A stretch of 37,472 nucleotides of DNA from a virus (taxonomy: Duplodnaviria > Caudoviricetes): IMG/VR virus record IMGVR_UViG_3300031965_000088, positions 1-37,472 of that record; one strand, given 5' to 3'. Positions 34,560 to 37,472 of the stretch are shown here, in pieces; the stretch's first letter is position 1, and every line of letters begins with the position of its first letter. The notes under the pieces are model-generated. The model worked only from the letters and a program-made list of their open reading frames with translations. It made no database searches and was not told the origin of the DNA. Made by a program: the position numbers and the translations under genes.

Positions 34560-34635
34560 TATGCGAACGCATTGCGAATGCATATGCGAAAGCAATGCTA
34601 AGATAAGGTAAGTATAAGATAAGAATAAGATAAGT
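34560..34635 (+). repeat. Second origin-like element: 3 x TGCGAAHGCA plus AAGATAAG repeats
   Basis: 21 bp (34587-34607) identical to 7204-7224 in the initiator gene. Confidence 0.75.
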
Positions 34636-34966
34636 TACAGCGGACAAAAACTTGACGGTTCACTTAAGGGTTTACTAGGGTTGAAGTCTAAGGTTGAAAA
34701 TTGTGACCTTAGAAAATGACTTGGGAAAATGAAAAATTTATGTGGTGGGGATCAGTACTCTACACGGCACGCCTTCCTAGAGACCCCCCCTGCCTGCGCT
34801 CTCTTTTTTTCAGCCGGTACTCTCTCAGGCTGGAACCGTGCCACTTGCGGGGTATCGGACACCCTCAACTATGGGGCTGGTAGCGCATGGCATGGACGTA
34901 GAGCGGACGAAGGGTATGGGGTGGTGGGATTCTATGGTCGGGGTGATTTACGTGGCTGTATGAGGC

Positions 34967-35149
34967 TTACAGAGCGTCGGTATCTTGGCGGGTTAAGGCT
35001 CGATAACCCTTGATAGGATTGCCGCGGGGCTGGTTGCGCCAGTGTCCTAGTTCTGTCAGCTCTTCTTTGAGCGCCTGGTACAGGACGCTATCCCGCGTCA
35101 TATCCCTGATCTCAAGGCGCAGGCGGTCTATGTCTATGCGTGTTTTCAT
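34967..35149 (-). CDS. Hypothetical protein (60 aa)
   Basis: GAGGAG RBS; downstream of terS. Confidence 0.6.
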   Translation of the reverse strand: MKTRIDIDRLRLEIRDMTRDSVLYQALKEELTELGHWRNQPRGNPIKGYRALTRQDTDAL

Positions 35150-35220
35150 GGGCTAACTCCTCATTAGGCGGGGGTTAATGCGGTGTTTGGTTCAGACTAT
35201 GCAACTTATGGTAAACACTT

Positions 35221-35691
35221 TTAGCTTTGTTCTGCCTCTTCATCAGGCTTTCCCACCGGTAGCACCTTGTATTGACCGTCAATTATCCCTGCCAGGTGGT
35301 CACGGGTACGCTTGTCTAGTACGTTGATCGTGAGTGACCGGTTGTCAGTGTATGCAATGTCCTGCTTGTAGATGTTGTCCATCTTGTTTAGTACGTTTAT
35401 CGCGGATATGTTAGGCACGGGCGTGATACCGTCTTTGTTTTCCCATGTTCCACGGGCGATATCGGAGAGTTTCGCTTTACGCTCGCATACTGACATTATC
35501 GCCGCGTTAGCTGTTGAGTCCTTTAGTTCCATTAAGCGGGCTTGAACATTAGGTTCTTTTAGGATGGCTACGGCGGTAGAATGGGCTGATCTTGGGGAAT
35601 AACCTGCTAGTTTAGCGGATTCGGTTTGGTTTTTACCCTCGATTAGGAACTGGCAGAATAGCTCATGCCTGGTATTGGCAAGCGCGGTCAT
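35221..35691 (-). CDS. terS: Terminase small subunit
   Basis: RHELFC....EG.NQTESAKLAGYS.RSA...A..IL..P.V..RL.EL HTH and ER...LSDIAR. AAGGA RBS. Confidence 0.88.
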   Translation of the reverse strand: MTALANTRHELFCQFLIEGKNQTESAKLAGYSPRSAHSTAVAILKEPNVQARLMELKDSTANAAIMSVCERKAKLSDIARGTWENKDGITPVPNISAINVLNKMDNIYKQDIAYTDNRSLTINVLDKRTRDHLAGIIDGQYKVLPVGKPDEEAEQS

Positions 35692-35883
35692 TTATACGCT
35701 TCCTTTAGGGTATCTACGATTAAGTTCTTTCACAAGGTGGTCGCTTTCTGCGAGGGCCTCATCCGGGGAGTCGCCGTACATTTCCACGGTGCAATCCCAT
35801 GTTATCGTGCCTTTGGCTGTCTGGCTGGTGCTGATGCGGTAACGGTGCTGGATGGTCCTTGCCACTACGGGTGTATCGTCCAT
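35692..35883 (-). CDS. Hypothetical protein (start MDDTPVV; S.TAKG.ITWDCTVE)
   Basis: GAGGT RBS; first gene after the 35905-35933 promoter. Confidence 0.65.
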   Translation of the reverse strand: MDDTPVVARTIQHRYRISTSQTAKGTITWDCTVEMYGDSPDEALAESDHLVKELNRRYPKGSV

Positions 35884-35904
35884 TGGGTGTACCTCTCTAA
35901 AGTA

Positions 35905-35933
35905 TTTATAGCAAGGTGCGGGAAAACTGTCAA
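35905..35933 (-). promoter_or_regulatory. Promoter TTGACA-17-TATAAA (ext. TG) at the start of the late arm
   Basis: ATTGACAGTTT family. Confidence 0.78.
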
Positions 35934-36035
35934 TCAAACGTGAGAAAGGCCGAAAACATACGAATTAGTGAGCTTGAGCGAGATAATAACGGGTGTTAGG
36001 CATGGCGGTTTTACCGTGGTTTATTGCAGGTGGGT

Positions 36036-36064
36036 TTGAATATGGTTACAACACGTAGTATCAT
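36036..36064 (+). promoter_or_regulatory. Early promoter TTGAAT-17-TATCAT, divergent from the late arm
   Basis: 17-bp spacing; upstream of the first + strand gene. Confidence 0.6.
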
Positions 36065-36095
36065 AGGAGTATCAAAACACAGGGAGGAAATAGAG

Positions 36096-36206
36096 ATGAC
36101 AAAGCTGGAATGGAAAATCTGGAAAGCGTTTTACCGAGAGTTTCGCGATTCTGGTTACGATGTCCGATACAGCCGCCAACAGGCATATATACAGGCGAAA
36201 CGATAA
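36096..36206 (+). CDS. Small early protein (36 aa, MTKLEWKIW...)
   Basis: GGGAGG RBS. Confidence 0.55.
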   Translation: MTKLEWKIWKAFYREFRDSGYDVRYSRQQAYIQAKR

Positions 36207-36367
36207 TGGAAAGTTTCGGATGTAACAACTGTACATACCTTAAAGGAAAGCAAGGAAAGCGCTGCGCCTTGTGGGAAGTCAAAGTTAGTGAGCCGGAGAA
36301 CCAGTCCTGCGACTCAGGCCACAACGGGAATTATCAGCGCCGCGATGTAAAGCCGGTAAATAAATAG
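36206..36367 (+). CDS. Small Cys-rich early protein (MESFGCNNC...)
   Basis: TAATG overlap with the upstream stop. CxxC..C..C pattern. Confidence 0.55.
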   Translation: MESFGCNNCTYLKGKQGKRCALWEVKVSEPENQSCDSGHNGNYQRRDVKPVNK

Positions 36368-36378
36368 GAGACGGAAAG

Positions 36379-36678
36379 ATGAAACAGACAGTAACACAGT
36401 ACGATTTCACCGAGGCTTTCAGGCAGACACGTCCGGAGAACTTCAGCTATGCGGGGCTGAAAGCATTGTTTGACTACCTAGAAGAGCTTGAGACAGACAC
36501 CGGCGAAGAGATCGAACTTGATGTAATCGCTCTATGTAGCGACTACTCAGAATACGCCGATCTTGAAGAGTTCCGCAAGGACTACGACGGCGACTATGAA
36601 ACCATCGAAGACGTTGAAGAGCAAACCACGGTTATCCGGATTAAAGGGGGTGACGGCTTTATAATTCAAAACTTCTAA
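36379..36678 (+). CDS. Highly acidic early protein, candidate DNA mimic / anti-restriction
   Basis: R.ENFSY.GL.ALFDYLEE.E...GEEIELDVIALC..YSEY, strongly Asp/Glu-rich. AGGAG RBS. Confidence 0.65.
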   Translation: MKQTVTQYDFTEAFRQTRPENFSYAGLKALFDYLEELETDTGEEIELDVIALCSDYSEYADLEEFRKDYDGDYETIEDVEEQTTVIRIKGGDGFIIQNF

Positions 36679-36682
36679 CCAC

Positions 36683-36734
36683 GGCGAAACGGGGCATTGT
36701 CCCCGTCTACCGGATGAGCCGGTACTGATGAGCC
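36683..36734 (+). ncRNA. Type II hammerhead ribozyme
   Basis: GGC-GAAA-CGGGG(cauugu)CCCCG-UC-UACCGG(augag)CCGGUA-CUGAUGA-GCC. The core is complete; predicted cut after C36707. Confidence 0.9.
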
Positions 36735-36759
36735 TAAAATAAATACAGGAGGGACACAA

Positions 36760-37047
36760 ATGGAAACCTACACAATCCAGCAGAAAATGAGCAACACTGG
36801 CAGTATCGCAGACTTGGCAAGCGACACCATGGATAGGGAGATACAATTCCGTGGCCAAACCGTATACGCCGTTATTATCCCGGCTTACTACGGCGGCAAG
36901 GGCTACACAACCCACGTGACCGCAGAAGCTGCCGCCAAAGAGGCTTGCAAACTCAACAGGCAAGGCTACAGAAACGTGACCGTTATTGATAAGGACGGCG
37001 ATGTGTACGACTACCTACGCGGTTATTATGATTATGAGTTGCAATAA
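36760..37047 (+). CDS. Hypothetical early protein
   Basis: AGGAGG RBS just downstream of the ribozyme. Confidence 0.7.
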   Translation: METYTIQQKMSNTGSIADLASDTMDREIQFRGQTVYAVIIPAYYGGKGYTTHVTAEAAAKEACKLNRQGYRNVTVIDKDGDVYDYLRGYYDYELQ

Positions 37048-37213
37048 CCTGGACGAACTAGACAAGTATCTAACCTGCGTATGCTGCGGACGCACCGCGC
37101 CGGACGTTAAGGCTGAATACGCAACCATCTTCGGCGGTTATGAGCGGGTGTTACCGCCTATGTGCCAGGACGATCCCGCAGAATGTCTGAGAAATAAGAA
37201 GGGGGTAAAATGA
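37028..37213 (+). CDS. Small Cys-rich early protein (CVCCG...CQDD..EC)
   Basis: ORF fills the gap; start codon uncertain. Confidence 0.5.
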   Translation: MIMSCNNLDELDKYLTCVCCGRTAPDVKAEYATIFGGYERVLPPMCQDDPAECLRNKKGVK

Positions 37214-37374
37214 TTACCACTCGCGTACCATCTCAAGTCAAGTGTTTTACCTGTAACCGCCACCAGCCGCAATACGGCGTTAAATGCCCACGGCAGCCAT
37301 TACAGCGTACTTATTGCGGGGATTATATCGAAGTAAGAAAGGGGGCCAAATGTTATACACAACTGCGAGGTTAG
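37210..37374 (+). CDS. Small Cys-rich protein (MITTRVPSQVKCFTC..., 54 aa)
   Basis: Translated manually. GGGGGT RBS, ATGA overlap. Confidence 0.5.
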   Translation: MITTRVPSQVKCFTCNRHQPQYGVKCPRQPLQRTYCGDYIEVRKGAKCYTQLRG

Positions 37375-37472
37375 CTAAAGATGCGGGGGCCTGCGCTGAA
37401 TCATGCCGTAAAATGTCTAAGCACCTGGGCGGTGTCAGGAAGTACGGCAAGGACACGCCTATATCCTTAGAA
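37350..37472 (+). CDS. 5' part of Imm5-like / AAW-repeat protein, copy 1
   Basis: 37348-37472 is identical to 356-480, but the upstream sequence differs. Confidence 0.8.
   Translation, partial: MLYTTARLAKDAGACAESCRKMSKHLGGVRKYGKDTPISLE

Noticed and set aside
34729-35013. 94-aa + strand ORF in the terS-terL spacer
   Set aside because: Low-complexity, opposite to local transcription and overlapping a better - strand gene.
1-37472. Genome-wide stop-codon reassignment, tRNA genes, integrase/attP
   Set aside because: Core genes are intact in the standard code and end in TAA, TAG and TGA. No cloverleaf or recombinase motifs were recognised by eye.

Overview
This window is an almost complete ~37.5-kb tailed-phage (Caudoviricetes) genome. 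It probably closes as a circle through a tandemly duplicated gene: both window ends match the internal copy at 356-706, and about 99 bp appear to be missing. The + strand arm (36036 -> end -> 1 -> 9683) is early/replication: small acidic and Cys-rich ORFs, a type II hammerhead ribozyme, two Imm5-like paralogs with reshuffled 12-bp AA[W/R/G][A/D/V/T/E] arrays, a Rad52/Sak-like annealase, ASCH-like, HNH and HTH proteins, a DUF4373-like initiator with an internal origin-like tract, DnaB and RusA. The - strand arm (35933 -> 9618) is late: TerS, a ~1.1-kb spacer holding a second copy of the origin-like motif, an intein-containing TerL, portal, a 1873-aa probable ejection protein, scaffold, major capsid protein, then glycosyltransferase + LicD, decoration/adaptor/tail proteins including a Thr-rich repeat fiber, a LuxR solo, small membrane proteins and a metallophosphoesterase. 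An antisense HNH gene with its own promoter interrupts this arm. Four late promoters share ATTGACAGTTT. I recognised no integrase, repressor, reverse transcriptase, tape measure or endolysin. A Chloroflexota (Dehalococcoidia-like) host is a tentative inference. All family calls come from motif recognition by eye, not database searches.
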